Shown: piece by piece, positions 51,018 through 62,510 of the stretch | Layout: each line of letters begins with the position of its first letter | Position numbering within the stretch: position 1 is the first letter of the stretch | Assembly (NCBI GenBank): GCA_045562575.1 | Contig: JBJKVQ010000021.1 | Span: forward strand, 2,463 to 66,462 | DNA length: 64,000 nt | Direction: 5' to 3' | Source of the DNA: Dehalococcoidia bacterium | GTDB taxonomy: Bacteria; Chloroflexota; Dehalococcoidia; Lucifugimonadales; UBA6952 | The notes under the pieces: generated by a model | The model's input: only the letters and a program-made list of their open reading frames with translations | Database searches by the model: none | What the model was told of the DNA's origin: nothing | Program-made: the position numbers and the translations under genes

Positions 51018-52649
51018 TTGAAAACAAACAATTTTAAAAATTGGAAAGAAAAAGTACTAAAACCGTTTATCACAATTAATGGTGAACGAAAATCGCTTTT
51101 TACCACTCTTTCTAATCAAGAAATACACCCTACATATAACAATCAAAGTAATACTAAGGAAGAGTTTCCTGGAGAGTTTCCCTACACTAGGGGCATTTAT
51201 CCTAGTATGTACAGAAGTAGATTATGGACAATGCGCCAATATTCAGGTTTTTCTAACCCAGAAAAATCTAATGAGCGATTCAAACACCTTCTAGAACAGG
51301 GCCAAAATGGACTATCTGTCGCGTTTGATCTTCCTACACAAATAGGGTATGACTCTGATAACGAAATTGCGCAAAGTGAAGTTGGTAAAGTTGGTGTCCC
51401 CATTGATACTCTTGCTGATATGGAAACTCTATTTAGTGATATTCCTCTAAATAAAATTAGTACATCAATGACAATAAATGCTACTGCCCCGGTTTTACTT
51501 GCTATGTATGTTGCTCTAGCAAAAAAACAAAATATTCCTCTTGAACAATTACGAGGAACACTTCAAAACGATATCTTAAAAGAATATATTGCCCGAGGTA
51601 CGTATATATATCCTCCCAAAGAATCAATGAATCTTATTACTGATGTTTTTGAATTTTGTTCAAAAACGCTACCTAAATGGAATCCAATAAGTATTAGCGG
51701 TTACCATATTCGCGAAGCAGGAAGTACTGCAATACAAGAATTAGCGTTTACCTTTTCTAATGCTATTGAATATATCAAATCAGCAGTTGAAGCAGGATTA
51801 TCAATTGATGAATTTTGTCCTCAAATTTCTTTTTTCTTTGTTGCTCAAAATAATTTAATCGAAGAAGTAGCTAAATATCGTGCAGCAAGAAGAATTTGGG
51901 CAAAGATAACTAAAGATATGTTCAATGCAGAAAATCCAAAATCCTCTATGTTGCGATTTCATGTACAAACTGCTGGTGTAACTCTTACAGCCCAACAACC
52001 TGATAACAATATTATAAGAAGCACAATACAAGCGATGGCTGCAGTTCTAGGAGGAGCACAATCACTTCATGTAAATTCAAAAGACGAAGCTCTGGGCTTA
52101 CCATCTGAAAATTCAGCTGTTATTTCTCTAAGAACACAACAAATAATTGCTTTAGAAAGCGGAGTTGCAGATACAGTCGATCCATTGGGTGGTTCATACT
52201 ATCTTGAAAAACTTACTGATGATATTGAAAATGAAGCCTTCAAATATATCAATGAAATAGAATCTATTGGCGGCGCCCTAAAGGCTCTTGAAACACAATT
52301 CCAAGAAAATGAAATAGAAAACTCTGCCTATATGTTCCAAAAAGAACTGGAAAATCAAGAACGTTATATGGTAGGAGTAAATACATACAAAGAGGAAAGC
52401 AGTGAAAATATTACTTTCCAAAAAATTTCAAGAAAAGAAATTCAACAACAAATCAAAAAACTTCACTTAGTCAAAAAAAATCGAGATACAAAAAAAGTTG
52501 TTGAAAGCTTGGAAAAATTAGAAAAAATTGCCCGTACTAAAGACAATACAATGCCTGCTATTATTGAAGCTGTAGAATCCTATTCTACAATAGGTGAAAT
52601 TAGTGATATATTTAGAAAAGTATACGGTGAATATTCCCCAGATTATTAA
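51018..52649 (+). CDS. B12-dependent acyl-CoA mutase, stand-alone substrate-binding large subunit (methylmalonyl-CoA mutase-type)
   Basis: [53 protein letters not shown]; no B12-binding domain. Confidence 0.93.
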   Translation: MKTNNFKNWKEKVLKPFITINGERKSLFTTLSNQEIHPTYNNQSNTKEEFPGEFPYTRGIYPSMYRSRLWTMRQYSGFSNPEKSNERFKHLLEQGQNGLSVAFDLPTQIGYDSDNEIAQSEVGKVGVPIDTLADMETLFSDIPLNKISTSMTINATAPVLLAMYVALAKKQNIPLEQLRGTLQNDILKEYIARGTYIYPPKESMNLITDVFEFCSKTLPKWNPISISGYHIREAGSTAIQELAFTFSNAIEYIKSAVEAGLSIDEFCPQISFFFVAQNNLIEEVAKYRAARRIWAKITKDMFNAENPKSSMLRFHVQTAGVTLTAQQPDNNIIRSTIQAMAAVLGGAQSLHVNSKDEALGLPSENSAVISLRTQQIIALESGVADTVDPLGGSYYLEKLTDDIENEAFKYINEIESIGGALKALETQFQENEIENSAYMFQKELENQERYMVGVNTYKEESSENITFQKISRKEIQQQIKKLHLVKKNRDTKKVVESLEKLEKIARTKDNTMPAIIEAVESYSTIGEISDIFRKVYGEYSPDY

Positions 52650-52667
52650 TCAATAAAAGGATCAAAA

Positions 52668-53825
52668 ATGGATAACCTACTATACAATGAAACTGAATTA
52701 ATGCTTGCAAAAACAGTCCAAGACTTTGCACAAGATTATTTAGCCCCTATGGCACCTATTTTAGATGAACGTGAAGAATTCCCTATGGAAAATTTTCATC
52801 GTCTTGCTAGCATGGGTTTACTCGGAATTACTATTGATGAAAAATATGGGGGATCTGGTGGGGGATTTAAAGAGTTTTCAATTGTAACAGAGGAAATAGC
52901 TAAAGCTTGTGGTGCTACATCTGCAATATATGGATCTCATATAGGCTTAGTTTTACAAAGTATAGCCAGATTTGGGAATGAAGAACAAAAGTCAAAATTT
53001 TTACCTCCACTAATCGATGGAACATCAGTTGGCGCATGGGGACTTACCGAACCTGAATCAGGTTCAGATGTTGCATCAATGTCTACAACTTGTACACCAG
53101 CAGATAGCTTATATAAGTTAAATGGAACCAAACATTTTATAACAAATGGAGATGTGGCTGATACTTTTGTGATTTATGCTACACAGAACCGAGAACTAAA
53201 AGCCAAAGGTGTAAATTGTTTAGTAGTTGATAGAAATACTCCAGGATTTCAAACTATAAAACAGGATGGAAAACTAGGAATGAAAGCTTCGAGTACTGCT
53301 GAATTGATATTTGAAGATTGCCCAATCCCAGAAGAAAATCGTTTAGGTGAAGAAGGTACTGGTTTTTATTCAGCAATGCAAATATTGGAATCGAGTAGAA
53401 TTGCAATTGCAGCACAGTCAGTAGGTATAGGCCAAGCATGTCTTGAAGCAGCAACAAATTATGCAGTTTCCAGAAAAACTTTCAATAATCCGATAGCTTC
53501 CTACCAAGCTATACAATGGATGTTAGCTGATATGGCTACAGAAATAGATGCAGCAAGATTACTAACCCGAAGAGCAAGTATATTGAAAGATATGAAAGAA
53601 CCCCATAATAAAGAGGCATCCATGGCTAAACTTTTTGCATCTGAAAGTGCCAACAGAGCTGCAACTAAAGCTGTACAAATTCTTGGTGGTTATGGATACT
53701 TTAAATCTAGCCATGTAGAGAGATATTTTAGAGATGCAAAAATAACAGAAATCTATGAAGGCACGAGCGAAATACATCGCATGATTATATCTCGATCAAT
53801 CATTAATCAAGCTAATAATAATTAA
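52668..53825 (+). CDS. Acyl-CoA dehydrogenase (short/branched-chain type)
   Basis: GLTEPESGSD, NGTKHFITNG, R..F..PI..YQ, QILGGYGY, IYEGTSEI. Confidence 0.95.
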   Translation: MDNLLYNETELMLAKTVQDFAQDYLAPMAPILDEREEFPMENFHRLASMGLLGITIDEKYGGSGGGFKEFSIVTEEIAKACGATSAIYGSHIGLVLQSIARFGNEEQKSKFLPPLIDGTSVGAWGLTEPESGSDVASMSTTCTPADSLYKLNGTKHFITNGDVADTFVIYATQNRELKAKGVNCLVVDRNTPGFQTIKQDGKLGMKASSTAELIFEDCPIPEENRLGEEGTGFYSAMQILESSRIAIAAQSVGIGQACLEAATNYAVSRKTFNNPIASYQAIQWMLADMATEIDAARLLTRRASILKDMKEPHNKEASMAKLFASESANRAATKAVQILGGYGYFKSSHVERYFRDAKITEIYEGTSEIHRMIISRSIINQANNN

Positions 53826-53826
53826 C

Positions 53827-54225
53827 ATGAATAACAATGAAATAAGAGTACTTATTGCAAAACCAGGGCTTGACGGGCATGACCGTGGAGCTAAGGTTAT
53901 TACTCGATATTTGTCCGAACAAAACATCAAAACTAAATTTTCAGGGATTAGAAAAACCCCTGAACAAATAACAGAATTAGCTTCAAAAATGGATGCAAAT
54001 ATTATTGGAATAAGCATTTTGTCAGGAGCTCATCTAGAACTTGTTGCAGAGCTATTTGATTGTCTCTACAAAAAAGAAATGGATCATGTGAAAATACTAG
54101 TCGGTGGAATTATACCCGAATCAGATAAAGAAGCCCTAAGTTCATTAGGAGTAAAGGGCGTTTTTGGTCCTGGAACCTCACTGGAAGAAATCGAAACATC
54201 TATACGGAATGCATATAACGAATAA
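53827..54225 (+). CDS. Cobalamin-binding small subunit of acyl-CoA mutase
   Basis: KPGLDGHDRGAK (DxHxxG), S.LSGAH, VGGIIP, FGPGT. Confidence 0.95.
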   Translation: MNNNEIRVLIAKPGLDGHDRGAKVITRYLSEQNIKTKFSGIRKTPEQITELASKMDANIIGISILSGAHLELVAELFDCLYKKEMDHVKILVGGIIPESDKEALSSLGVKGVFGPGTSLEEIETSIRNAYNE

Positions 54226-54249
54226 TTATACAAAGAAAGGTATTCTTTC

Positions 54250-54699
54250 GTGCTTTTACAGTTAGGAGATTTATTAAAATCAGCTACAGGAACCAAAAAA
54301 CTTCATAATGTTTTTTGTGATGAAATAATACTAGATGAATTCGATATAGTTTCAAGTTCTGGTATAATTTGGCTAACAAAAATTAATATGGGTGTATGGG
54401 CAACTACCAATATACTACTAAATATCACATCTACTTGTGATCGTTGTTTAGAAAAATATAACCAAGTTGTAAATATAGAATCTGATGATATTTTCTATCA
54501 TTTTGACTATTTAGGAAAAAACCCTGAATTATATGATAGAATAGACAGTCCTGAGATTTTTTATATAAAAGATAATATGATCGAGTTAACAGAATCATTC
54601 AGGCAAAACATATTAGTTAATATGCCAATAAAATTATTGTGCGATTTAGATTGCCAAGGCATAGTGAATAAAAATAATACTATATCAAATAGAAATTAA
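54250..54699 (+). CDS. yceD: YceD/DUF177 protein
   Basis: CDRCL and P.K.LC..DCQG motifs; directly upstream of rpmF. Confidence 0.85.
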   Translation: MLLQLGDLLKSATGTKKLHNVFCDEIILDEFDIVSSSGIIWLTKINMGVWATTNILLNITSTCDRCLEKYNQVVNIESDDIFYHFDYLGKNPELYDRIDSPEIFYIKDNMIELTESFRQNILVNMPIKLLCDLDCQGIVNKNNTISNRN

Positions 54700-54732
54700 A
54701 TCGATATCGAAAATAGATAAGGAGAAAATACC

Positions 54733-54927
54733 ATGGGAGCTTTACCGAAAAAAAAGCGAACACAGTCACGAAGAGGAGCTAGAAAAAGCCATATAAGTTT
54801 AACAGCACCAACTTTAACTACATGCCCGCAATGTGGCCAAAAAATCCCAACTCATCAAGTTTGTCCTGAATGTGGATTCTATAAAGGCCAAATGGTTAGA
54901 GAAACCAAAGTTCAGGAAATAATTTAA
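54733..54927 (+). CDS. rpmF: 50S ribosomal protein L32 (zinc-ribbon type)
   Basis: MGALPKKK.T.SRR..R, CPQCG...H.VCPECGFYKG. Confidence 0.97.
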   Translation: MGALPKKKRTQSRRGARKSHISLTAPTLTTCPQCGQKIPTHQVCPECGFYKGQMVRETKVQEII

Positions 54928-54963
54928 CAATAATATATATTGATAATTTACGGTTGGTGATAG

Positions 54964-55893
54964 ATGGATAATGCAATAATTTTTCCAGGGCAAGGTGCGC
55001 AAGAAGTAGGTATGGGGAAAAGTCTTTTTGAAAACTCTGAAGCTGCTAAGGATGTCTTTCTACGGGCAGATGAGGCTTTGGGCATATCTTTATCTGACAT
55101 AATTTTTGAAGGGCCCTCAGAAGAATTAGAACGAACAATAAACACACAACCTGCTATCCTCACTGTGAGTATTGCCTGTTTCGAAGCATATAAATCAATG
55201 CATTCTCTTTCAGTTTCTGAAATAGCAAAATTTTGTGCAGGACATAGTTTAGGTGAATATAGTGCATTAGTTGCAAGCGAAGCAATTACTTTAGAAGATG
55301 GAGTAAAGTTAGTCAGAGAACGCGGAAGATTGATGCAAGAAGCATGTGACCGAGTTGATAGCGGAATGGCAGCAATCATTGGGTTAGATGAAGATGTTGT
55401 TCAAGAATTATGCAAAGAATCGAACACACAAGCTGCGAACGTCAACAGCCCTGGCCAAATAGTCATAAGTGGACTTAAATCTGATATAGATAACGCAGTT
55501 AAGATTGCATCTGAACGCGGTGCTAAACGAGCAATCCCATTGAAAGTTAGTGGGGCATTTCATTCATATCTCATGAGCTCAGCCCTTTCTGAAATGAATA
55601 ATGCCATTAAAAATGTTACTTTTAATAATTCTTCAATCCCTTTAATTGCTAATTGTTCTAGTAAACCAATGAGTAACGTTTCCGAAATACGGGAAGAATT
55701 ATCAGAACAATTATGTGGATGTGTATACTGGCAAAAAGGAATTGAACATATGGCAAATGAAGGTATAACAACCTTCTACGAATTTGGTCCAGGAAAAGTG
55801 CTATCTGGTATGGTAAAAAGAATATCAGAAAATTCCACAACACACTCGGTTTCAGACTATGAATCTTTGATTAATTTGCAACCTGAAAATTAA
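54964..55893 (+). CDS. fabD: Malonyl-CoA:ACP transacylase
   Basis: [33 protein letters not shown]. Confidence 0.97.
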   Translation: MDNAIIFPGQGAQEVGMGKSLFENSEAAKDVFLRADEALGISLSDIIFEGPSEELERTINTQPAILTVSIACFEAYKSMHSLSVSEIAKFCAGHSLGEYSALVASEAITLEDGVKLVRERGRLMQEACDRVDSGMAAIIGLDEDVVQELCKESNTQAANVNSPGQIVISGLKSDIDNAVKIASERGAKRAIPLKVSGAFHSYLMSSALSEMNNAIKNVTFNNSSIPLIANCSSKPMSNVSEIREELSEQLCGCVYWQKGIEHMANEGITTFYEFGPGKVLSGMVKRISENSTTHSVSDYESLINLQPEN

Positions 55894-55900
55894 GGAAATT

Positions 55901-56320
55901 ATGGATCCTCTACGGTTACGAAAAGATCGCGAGTTAATAATAAAAATACTATATGAAATCGATAGTACCTCTCATGAACTGGAAACTATTATAAACAATA
56001 CCTTTAAACGTATTAAAATAAATGCTTCCAGAAGAGACTATATATCATCTACTTCAGAAGGAATTCTTGAAAACCTATCTTCTATTGACGAAACATTATC
56101 AGAATATGCAATTAGTTGGCCAATAGAACAAATATCACTAATTGACAGAAATATTTTACGCTTGTCAATTTATGAATTGCAACATTCTGATACAAACACT
56201 ACTAGTATTGTTATCAATGACGCTGTAGAATTAGCAAAGAATTATGGAAGTGACCATTCAGGAAAATTTATTAATGGAGTCCTAGGCTCCTACGCCAGAA
56301 AAACACTAAATAAAACATAA
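55901..56320 (+). CDS. nusB: Transcription antitermination factor NusB
   Basis: [23 protein letters not shown]...[10 protein letters not shown]. Confidence 0.93.
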   Translation: MDPLRLRKDRELIIKILYEIDSTSHELETIINNTFKRIKINASRRDYISSTSEGILENLSSIDETLSEYAISWPIEQISLIDRNILRLSIYELQHSDTNTTSIVINDAVELAKNYGSDHSGKFINGVLGSYARKTLNKT

Positions 56321-56343
56321 CATATTACTTGAGGAGGAATATT

Positions 56344-56601
56344 GTGGCGACAATTTTAGAAAGAGTACAACAACTTACAGCGGAACGTTTAGGAGTCGAT
56401 GAGGCATCGGTTATTCCTACAGCTTCCTTTATTGATGACTTAAATGCAGATTCTCTCGACTTGGTAGAATTGATTATGGCACTTGAAGAAGAATTTTCAA
56501 AAGATGGTGACCCTTTGGAAATCCCTGATGAAGATGCAGAAAAAATTGTTACTGTGCAAAGCGCAGTTGATTATATTCAATCAAAAGGTATTCAAGATTA
56601 A
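56344..56601 (+). CDS. acpP: Acyl carrier protein
   Basis: [33 protein letters not shown] 56344 follows GAGGAGG. Confidence 0.97.
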   Translation: MATILERVQQLTAERLGVDEASVIPTASFIDDLNADSLDLVELIMALEEEFSKDGDPLEIPDEDAEKIVTVQSAVDYIQSKGIQD

Positions 56602-56622
56602 ATAAACTCAAATCTTGGTCTT

Positions 56623-57222
56623 ATGAAAAATCTGACTGATATTTCAGAACTAATAAAAAATTGTACAAATTGTGAATTATCATTAACAAGAACACATGCA
56701 GTACCAGGTGAAGGTTCCTTCAATGCTAAAATAATGCTTGTAGGAGAAGCACCTGGGCATTATGAAGATAATAGTGGTCTACCTTTTGTAGGTGCTGCTG
56801 GTAAATTACTTACAAAATTACTCAACTCTATTAGTTTATCAAGAAATGATGTATTTATTACAAATATAGTAAAATGCCGACCACCAAACAATAGAGACCC
56901 GTCTCCAAATGAAATAAGTCAATGTTCACCATACCTGAGTAAACAAATTGAGCTTATCAATCCTACACTTATCATAACTTTGGGGCGCCATTCTCTTTCA
57001 TACTTTGTCCCCAATACTCCTATAGGGAAAGCTCATGGTACTATTATAAAACAAGGCGGATATACTATTTATCCAACTTATCATCCTGCTGCAGCTTTAC
57101 GACAAACAAGATTCAGCGAAATCCTTTCTGAAGAGTTCCAACGTATTCCAACTTTAATAAAATCTTTAGAAACAAAAGAAGAGAACCCTCAATCTACTAA
57201 CAATCAGTTGGAGTTATTTTAA
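56623..57222 (+). CDS. Family 4 ([4Fe-4S]) uracil-DNA glycosylase
   Basis: C..C, GEAPG, PFVG.AG, N.VKCRPP.NR.P, YHPAA. Confidence 0.95.
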   Translation: MKNLTDISELIKNCTNCELSLTRTHAVPGEGSFNAKIMLVGEAPGHYEDNSGLPFVGAAGKLLTKLLNSISLSRNDVFITNIVKCRPPNNRDPSPNEISQCSPYLSKQIELINPTLIITLGRHSLSYFVPNTPIGKAHGTIIKQGGYTIYPTYHPAAALRQTRFSEILSEEFQRIPTLIKSLETKEENPQSTNNQLELF

Positions 57223-57295
57223 ACTTATACGAATTAGACATATTTCATTTTTTTGTCTAAAATTATCAAGAATTACATAAAAATGAGAATGATAT

Positions 57296-59518
57296 ATGTT
57301 CACCAGCATTCTAACAAATATAAAGAAGCTCATACGTGAACTTTCAGATAACCCATCTGCACAAGCTGCAGTTCTATTTGCAGCTTCAGTAATAATTATT
57401 TACATCCAAAGAGAATACCTCCTTGAAACTTTCATACCTAATATTAGTGAGATTATTCTTACTTATGTTGGCTACGGATTTGTAACATTTTCAATATTTT
57501 TTATTGGGGTGATAGCAGCAGTAATTCACTTTAAAAAAGATTTCTTGATATTTTGGCCTCAATTAATCGCATCAATATTAACTGTTATATCTATTCAATT
57601 ATTAATGGGAGCTTTTAAAGGACCACAAGGAATTGTTTTTAAAGAAACCACTGGTGGAAAATTAGGGAAATATTTATGGCAGGATTTTTATATACCAGGT
57701 CCAATTTTATTATTACTTTTAGTAGCAATTGCATTTTATATTTTTTGGCCAAAATTTTCTTTAGATAAATTAAAAATATTCAAGATATACTTCCTTTCTT
57801 TTATATATTCCTTAGCAAAAATATTTAAGTCAGAGCCTAAAAAACCAAGGATAATTGAAAAAAAATCGTATCAAGAACCAAAAGATAATCCAAAACCAAA
57901 AATAGAAGAATCTAAAGGAAACTCTTCCTCATATAATAATCAACCAATAAGAAAAAATGTACTAGCTGAACAAAAGATAAATAAGATCGAAGAAAAAATT
58001 GATACTTCCCAAAAATCGACACGTGCATTTACTTTTGGAAAACCATGGGCTATACCAGAAATGTCATTACTTGAATATGGTCCTGAAGCTTCCATTTCAT
58101 CTGATGAATCAAAACTAGTTGCTGAAAAAATCGAGGAAACTTTATTAAATCATGGAATCGAAGTTAGAGTTAATCAAATTAAACCTGGACCAACAGTTAC
58201 GATGTATGGCCTCACACCAGGTTGGACAAGAAAAACAAGAAAACCCAAAAAAAATGATGATCAAGAGGATAATTTAGATGAAGAAACTAGCAGAGGTACA
58301 CGGGTAAAAGTAGATAGCATTGTTGCAAGAGAAAAAGACCTAGCATTGGCTCTTGCAGCACCTAGCTTAAGAATTGAAGCTCCTGTTCCTGGAGAATCTA
58401 TTGTAGGTATAGAAGTTCCTAATAAAAAAGCACTCATGGTAAGTCTAAGAAAAACATTAGAACATGCCAAAGTTAATACTATAAAAAAGAATCTAGGTAT
58501 TCCCTTAGCTTTAGGGCAAGGATCTAGTGGGGAAGCAACAGTTACTGATCTACGCAAATTACCACATCTTTTAATTGCTGGTTCTACTGGTAGTGGAAAA
58601 AGCGTATGTATTAATACCCTACTAGTTTCAATGATTGCCAAAATGACACCTGATAAACTACGGCTATTACTCATTGATCCTAAGCGCGTAGAGCTTACAC
58701 CTTTTAACGGTATTCCTCATTTAATATCCCCTGTTGTAGTAGAACCTGATGAAGCAGTTAAATCTTTAAAAGGGCTTCTCGAAGAAATGATAAGAAGATA
58801 TAAAGTTCTTGAAGAAATAGGTGTCAGAAATATAGATAGTTATATCAATCATCCCAAAGCAATTGAACCAATGCCTTACTTAGTAATAGCAATAGATGAA
58901 TTAGCAGATCTAATGATGACAGCACCTTACGAAGTCGAACAAACGCTTACCCGATTAGCTCAACTAGGAAGAGCAACAGGTATACATTTAATAGTCGCAA
59001 CTCAAAGACCATCAGTAGATGTAGTAACCGGACTTATTAAAGCTAATTTCCCTAGTAGAATTAGTTTCGCTGTTGTATCCCAAATTGATTCTAGAACTAT
59101 TCTAGATTCTAGTGGCGCAGAAAGATTGTTAGGAAAAGGAGATATGTTATTTCTATCTTCAGATTTCCCAAAAGCGCAACGAGTCCAAGGTGCATATCTA
59201 AGTGATGAAGAGATTAACAAACTAGTAAATTATTGGGCTACTGAAAAAGGTACACCATTACCTGAAATATCCTTAGAATTACCAGTAAATGATATAACCA
59301 ATCCAGACTTTGATTCAGGAGATTTCCCAAAAGACGAACTATTTGGTAAGGCTTCTGAATTAGCAGGAAGATACTCTCATATATCAACATCGCTTTTGCA
59401 ACGAAAACTACGTATTGGATATCCCAGAGCTGCTAGATTAATCGATCAACTAGAAGATGCTGGTGTTATAGGGCCAGAAGAACCAGGAAAGTCTAGAGAA
59501 GTTCTTATACAATCTTAG
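57296..59518 (+). CDS. ftsK: DNA translocase FtsK/SpoIIIE
   Basis: N-terminal TMs, PHLLIAGSTGSGKS, IDELADLM, ATQRPS, GAERLLGKGDML, gamma domain LQRKLRIGYPRAARL. Confidence 0.97.
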   Translation: MFTSILTNIKKLIRELSDNPSAQAAVLFAASVIIIYIQREYLLETFIPNISEIILTYVGYGFVTFSIFFIGVIAAVIHFKKDFLIFWPQLIASILTVISIQLLMGAFKGPQGIVFKETTGGKLGKYLWQDFYIPGPILLLLLVAIAFYIFWPKFSLDKLKIFKIYFLSFIYSLAKIFKSEPKKPRIIEKKSYQEPKDNPKPKIEESKGNSSSYNNQPIRKNVLAEQKINKIEEKIDTSQKSTRAFTFGKPWAIPEMSLLEYGPEASISSDESKLVAEKIEETLLNHGIEVRVNQIKPGPTVTMYGLTPGWTRKTRKPKKNDDQEDNLDEETSRGTRVKVDSIVAREKDLALALAAPSLRIEAPVPGESIVGIEVPNKKALMVSLRKTLEHAKVNTIKKNLGIPLALGQGSSGEATVTDLRKLPHLLIAGSTGSGKSVCINTLLVSMIAKMTPDKLRLLLIDPKRVELTPFNGIPHLISPVVVEPDEAVKSLKGLLEEMIRRYKVLEEIGVRNIDSYINHPKAIEPMPYLVIAIDELADLMMTAPYEVEQTLTRLAQLGRATGIHLIVATQRPSVDVVTGLIKANFPSRISFAVVSQIDSRTILDSSGAERLLGKGDMLFLSSDFPKAQRVQGAYLSDEEINKLVNYWATEKGTPLPEISLELPVNDITNPDFDSGDFPKDELFGKASELAGRYSHISTSLLQRKLRIGYPRAARLIDQLEDAGVIGPEEPGKSREVLIQS

Positions 59519-59865
59519 TTAGGGTGCTTTACAACTTTACCTTGAGTATTGAGGTAGTGAGTATCATCAGTTTTATTATTATTTTTTACTATCACTTCGT
59601 TTAAAGCACTTATTGCTAATTCTTTATCAATTGAAATTATCGTTCCAAGCGCTACATATAGAACATCAACAGCTTCATTTGCAACATTATTCATGGATTC
59701 AGATTCTAGAGCAACTTTAAGTTCATCTACTTCTTCTCTTTGGATAGCAATTCTATCTAGAAGTTTTTCTCGATTATAATTATCTAATAAATCAAATCTA
59801 TCGTGAAAATTATAAACAGATTGAAATAATTCTCCAACTTTTGCTTTCAATTCTTCTATAGCCAC
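59515..59865 (-). CDS. All-alpha NTP pyrophosphohydrolase (MazG/PRA-PH-like)
   Basis: EEVDEL...NEAVDVLYV (EExxE/ExxD), KN..K, GKVVK. Confidence 0.7.
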   Translation of the reverse strand: MAIEELKAKVGELFQSVYNFHDRFDLLDNYNREKLLDRIAIQREEVDELKVALESESMNNVANEAVDVLYVALGTIISIDKELAISALNEVIVKNNNKTDDTHYLNTQGKVVKHPN

Positions 59866-59975
59866 AACTTACTCCCAGATATTTAATACTTTTATTTACC
59901 GAAAATTTTTATAATGAATTTATTAGTCAAAGACACTACGATATTTATTACATTATAAATTACTGAGAGATCAAA

Positions 59976-61079
59976 TTGTACGTATCGGACATAGAATTAA
60001 CACAATATAGAAATTTTTCTAATATTCACTTAGAGTTTTCACCTGGGCTCTCAATAATTTCAGGAAATAATGGGGAAGGTAAAACCAACTTACTTGAATC
60101 GCTTTATTTAATTTCTATAGGAAAATCATTTAGAGCAAGAAACGATTTTGAATTAATCCGCCATAAATCTCCTGATCAGGTAAATAAATTTGTTTCACAA
60201 ACAACCATTCATGGAGTGACCAAATTTGCGGATGAAAAAAATAATATTGTCATAGCACTTCCTTCAGACACTAACCAATCAAAAGAAATTAAGTTTAATG
60301 GAATCAATATAGCTGCATCACAATTAGTCGGCAAAACTCCTACTGTACTTTTTACTGCGCATGATATGGACATCGTTTTAGGCAGTCCTGGGAAAAGAAG
60401 ACAGTTTTTAGATATATTAATTTCTCAAGTGAATCAAGAATATCTCATCAAATTACAAAAATATCAACAAATATTAACTCAAAGAAATTCCCTATTAAAA
60501 GCAATAAGAGATCATCAATCATCCGAGGACGAATTACTATATTGGAATACTGAATTAATTGAATTAGGGAAATTTATCATTATGAAACGGGCAGAAATTA
60601 TCAAACTTATTGATGCTGAGATACAAGGGATTCATTCTGAATTTTCTTCTTCAGAAAAATTGTCTTTCCAATATATCCCTTCAGTTACCATTGAAAAGTT
60701 TGAGGAAACACTCAATTCTACTCTGCGACAACAAATCCTTATGGGAATTACTGATATAGGGCCTCAAAGAGATAACATTTTAATTCAAATCAATGGAATA
60801 TCAGCATATAGTTTTTCATCAAGAGGGCAGGCTAAAAATATAGTACTTTCACTAAGGTTATCCGAGGCAAAGATAATACAATCGACAATAAATGTACAAC
60901 CCATACTACTTCTTGATGATATACTTTCAGAACTTGATGAGTTTAGAAGAAAAAAGATTATTGAAAAGATGCGTATGTATAATCAATCTATAGTCACAAC
61001 ACCAGAACCTGATTTAATAGATTCAACTTATGCAAATAATATTATTAATTTACAAAATGGTGAAATTCAAAGCGATTAA
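59976..61079 (+). CDS. recF: DNA replication/repair protein RecF
   Basis: YRN, GNNGEGKTNLLE, G.P..RRQFLD, GPQRD, SRGQ, LLLDDILSELD..RR. Confidence 0.96.
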   Translation: MYVSDIELTQYRNFSNIHLEFSPGLSIISGNNGEGKTNLLESLYLISIGKSFRARNDFELIRHKSPDQVNKFVSQTTIHGVTKFADEKNNIVIALPSDTNQSKEIKFNGINIAASQLVGKTPTVLFTAHDMDIVLGSPGKRRQFLDILISQVNQEYLIKLQKYQQILTQRNSLLKAIRDHQSSEDELLYWNTELIELGKFIIMKRAEIIKLIDAEIQGIHSEFSSSEKLSFQYIPSVTIEKFEETLNSTLRQQILMGITDIGPQRDNILIQINGISAYSFSSRGQAKNIVLSLRLSEAKIIQSTINVQPILLLDDILSELDEFRRKKIIEKMRMYNQSIVTTPEPDLIDSTYANNIINLQNGEIQSD

Positions 61080-61097
61080 GGAACGAGGAGGATTTTT

Positions 61098-62510
61098 ATG
61101 TCAAATAATTCTATTGATTTTATGACAATATCTGAATTATCAGAAAATATTCGTGAAAAAAAACTTTCACCTACTGAAATTGTCAAAGAGCAACTCAAAA
61201 CAATTAACAAATTAAATGATTCGAACAAATCTTTTTTATATATAGCTGAAGAACAAAGTGTCAAAGAAGCTAAAATTATCGAAAAAGAAATATCATCAGG
61301 CAATTACAAAGGCCCATTACACGGGATACCTATTGGACTAAAGGATTTGTATGAAACCAATAATATGCCCACAACCTCAGGAAGTGTAATCTTCAACGAC
61401 TATCAATCAAATAAGAATGCAACAAGTGTCCAAAAGTTAATCGATGCAGGCTCGATTATTATAGGAAAGCTAAATATGCATCCTTTTGCATTTGGTGCTT
61501 TTGGTACTAATTCTGATTTCGGCACACCTCCAAACCCTTGGAATACTTCTCATATTCCAGGAGGATCTAGTAGTGGTTCTGGAGTAGCTGTTGCATCTGG
61601 TATGATTCCTGGTGCTACTGGGTCAGATACAGGAGGCTCAATAAGAATCCCCTCTGCAGTTTGTGGGATTGTTGGTATAAAACCAACGTATGGGAGAATT
61701 AGCAGATATGGTTTAACTCCATTATCATGGTCCCTAGATACTGCAGGACCAATGACAAGAAGTGTAAAAGATTGTGCATATATGCTGGAAGCAATGTCTG
61801 GATTTGATATCAATGACGATTCTTCTTCTACAAGAGACGTCCCTCAATTTTCTAAAGCTTTCGATCAAGAACCTCGGAAATTTACAATAGGTGTCCCAAA
61901 AAATCAATATTTTACTAATATACACTCTGAGGTTGGAACAAAAGTAAACGAAGCTATAGAAACACTGAAAAGCCTTGGTTTTTCCATAGTAGAAATAGAT
62001 ATCCCAACTCCAGAAGAAGCAGGAAAAATTCAAACGAATATTATCAATCCTGAAGCTGTAGCCTTTCATCAAGACAGGTTACGAAATGATATTGATAGGA
62101 TTGCACCAGATGTCAGGGCAAGACTTGAATCGGGGGTGTTTATTCCAGCAGTCAATTATATCCAAGCTCAACGATTACGAAGACAATTTATCGGTCGTAT
62201 GGTTGATTGTATGTCAAATGTAGATGCTTTAATTACCCCCACTGAGCCAATATGCACACCAGAAATTGGTCAAACTACTACGATTATTAATAATGAAGAA
62301 GTAACCATACAATCATTATTAACAAAATTTACCTCACCATTTAATTTATCAGGTTTGCCAGCTATAAGTGTACCTTGTGGATTTGACACTGTCGGCTTAC
62401 CAATAGGACTTCAAATTGTTGGAAAACATTTTGATGAAATGACAATTTTGCAAATAGCTCATATATTTGAATCTAATACTGAATGGCACACAATGAAACC
62501 ACCTTTATAA
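61098..62510 (+). CDS. Amidase signature family enzyme
   Basis: GPLHGIPIGLKD, PGGSSSGS, GSDTGGSIRIP (Lys-cisSer-Ser triad). No gatC/gatB neighbours, so not called gatA. Confidence 0.92.
   Translation: MSNNSIDFMTISELSENIREKKLSPTEIVKEQLKTINKLNDSNKSFLYIAEEQSVKEAKIIEKEISSGNYKGPLHGIPIGLKDLYETNNMPTTSGSVIFNDYQSNKNATSVQKLIDAGSIIIGKLNMHPFAFGAFGTNSDFGTPPNPWNTSHIPGGSSSGSGVAVASGMIPGATGSDTGGSIRIPSAVCGIVGIKPTYGRISRYGLTPLSWSLDTAGPMTRSVKDCAYMLEAMSGFDINDDSSSTRDVPQFSKAFDQEPRKFTIGVPKNQYFTNIHSEVGTKVNEAIETLKSLGFSIVEIDIPTPEEAGKIQTNIINPEAVAFHQDRLRNDIDRIAPDVRARLESGVFIPAVNYIQAQRLRRQFIGRMVDCMSNVDALITPTEPICTPEIGQTTTIINNEEVTIQSLLTKFTSPFNLSGLPAISVPCGFDTVGLPIGLQIVGKHFDEMTILQIAHIFESNTEWHTMKPPL

Noticed and set aside
57234-57260. 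Inverted repeat TTAGACA-N13-TGTCTAA upstream of ftsK
   Set aside because: Short and AT-rich, matches no operator I know and has no terminator geometry.
625-62072. Numerous 60-140 aa ORFs antisense to or nested in long genes (e.g. 7627-8001, 54948-55379, 58261-58674)
   Set aside because: They overlap well-supported genes, lack recognisable motifs, and are the expected shadow ORFs.
61098-62510. gatA
   Set aside because: No gatC/gatB neighbours, and the sequence (LNMHPFAFG) fits a generic amidase-signature enzyme.
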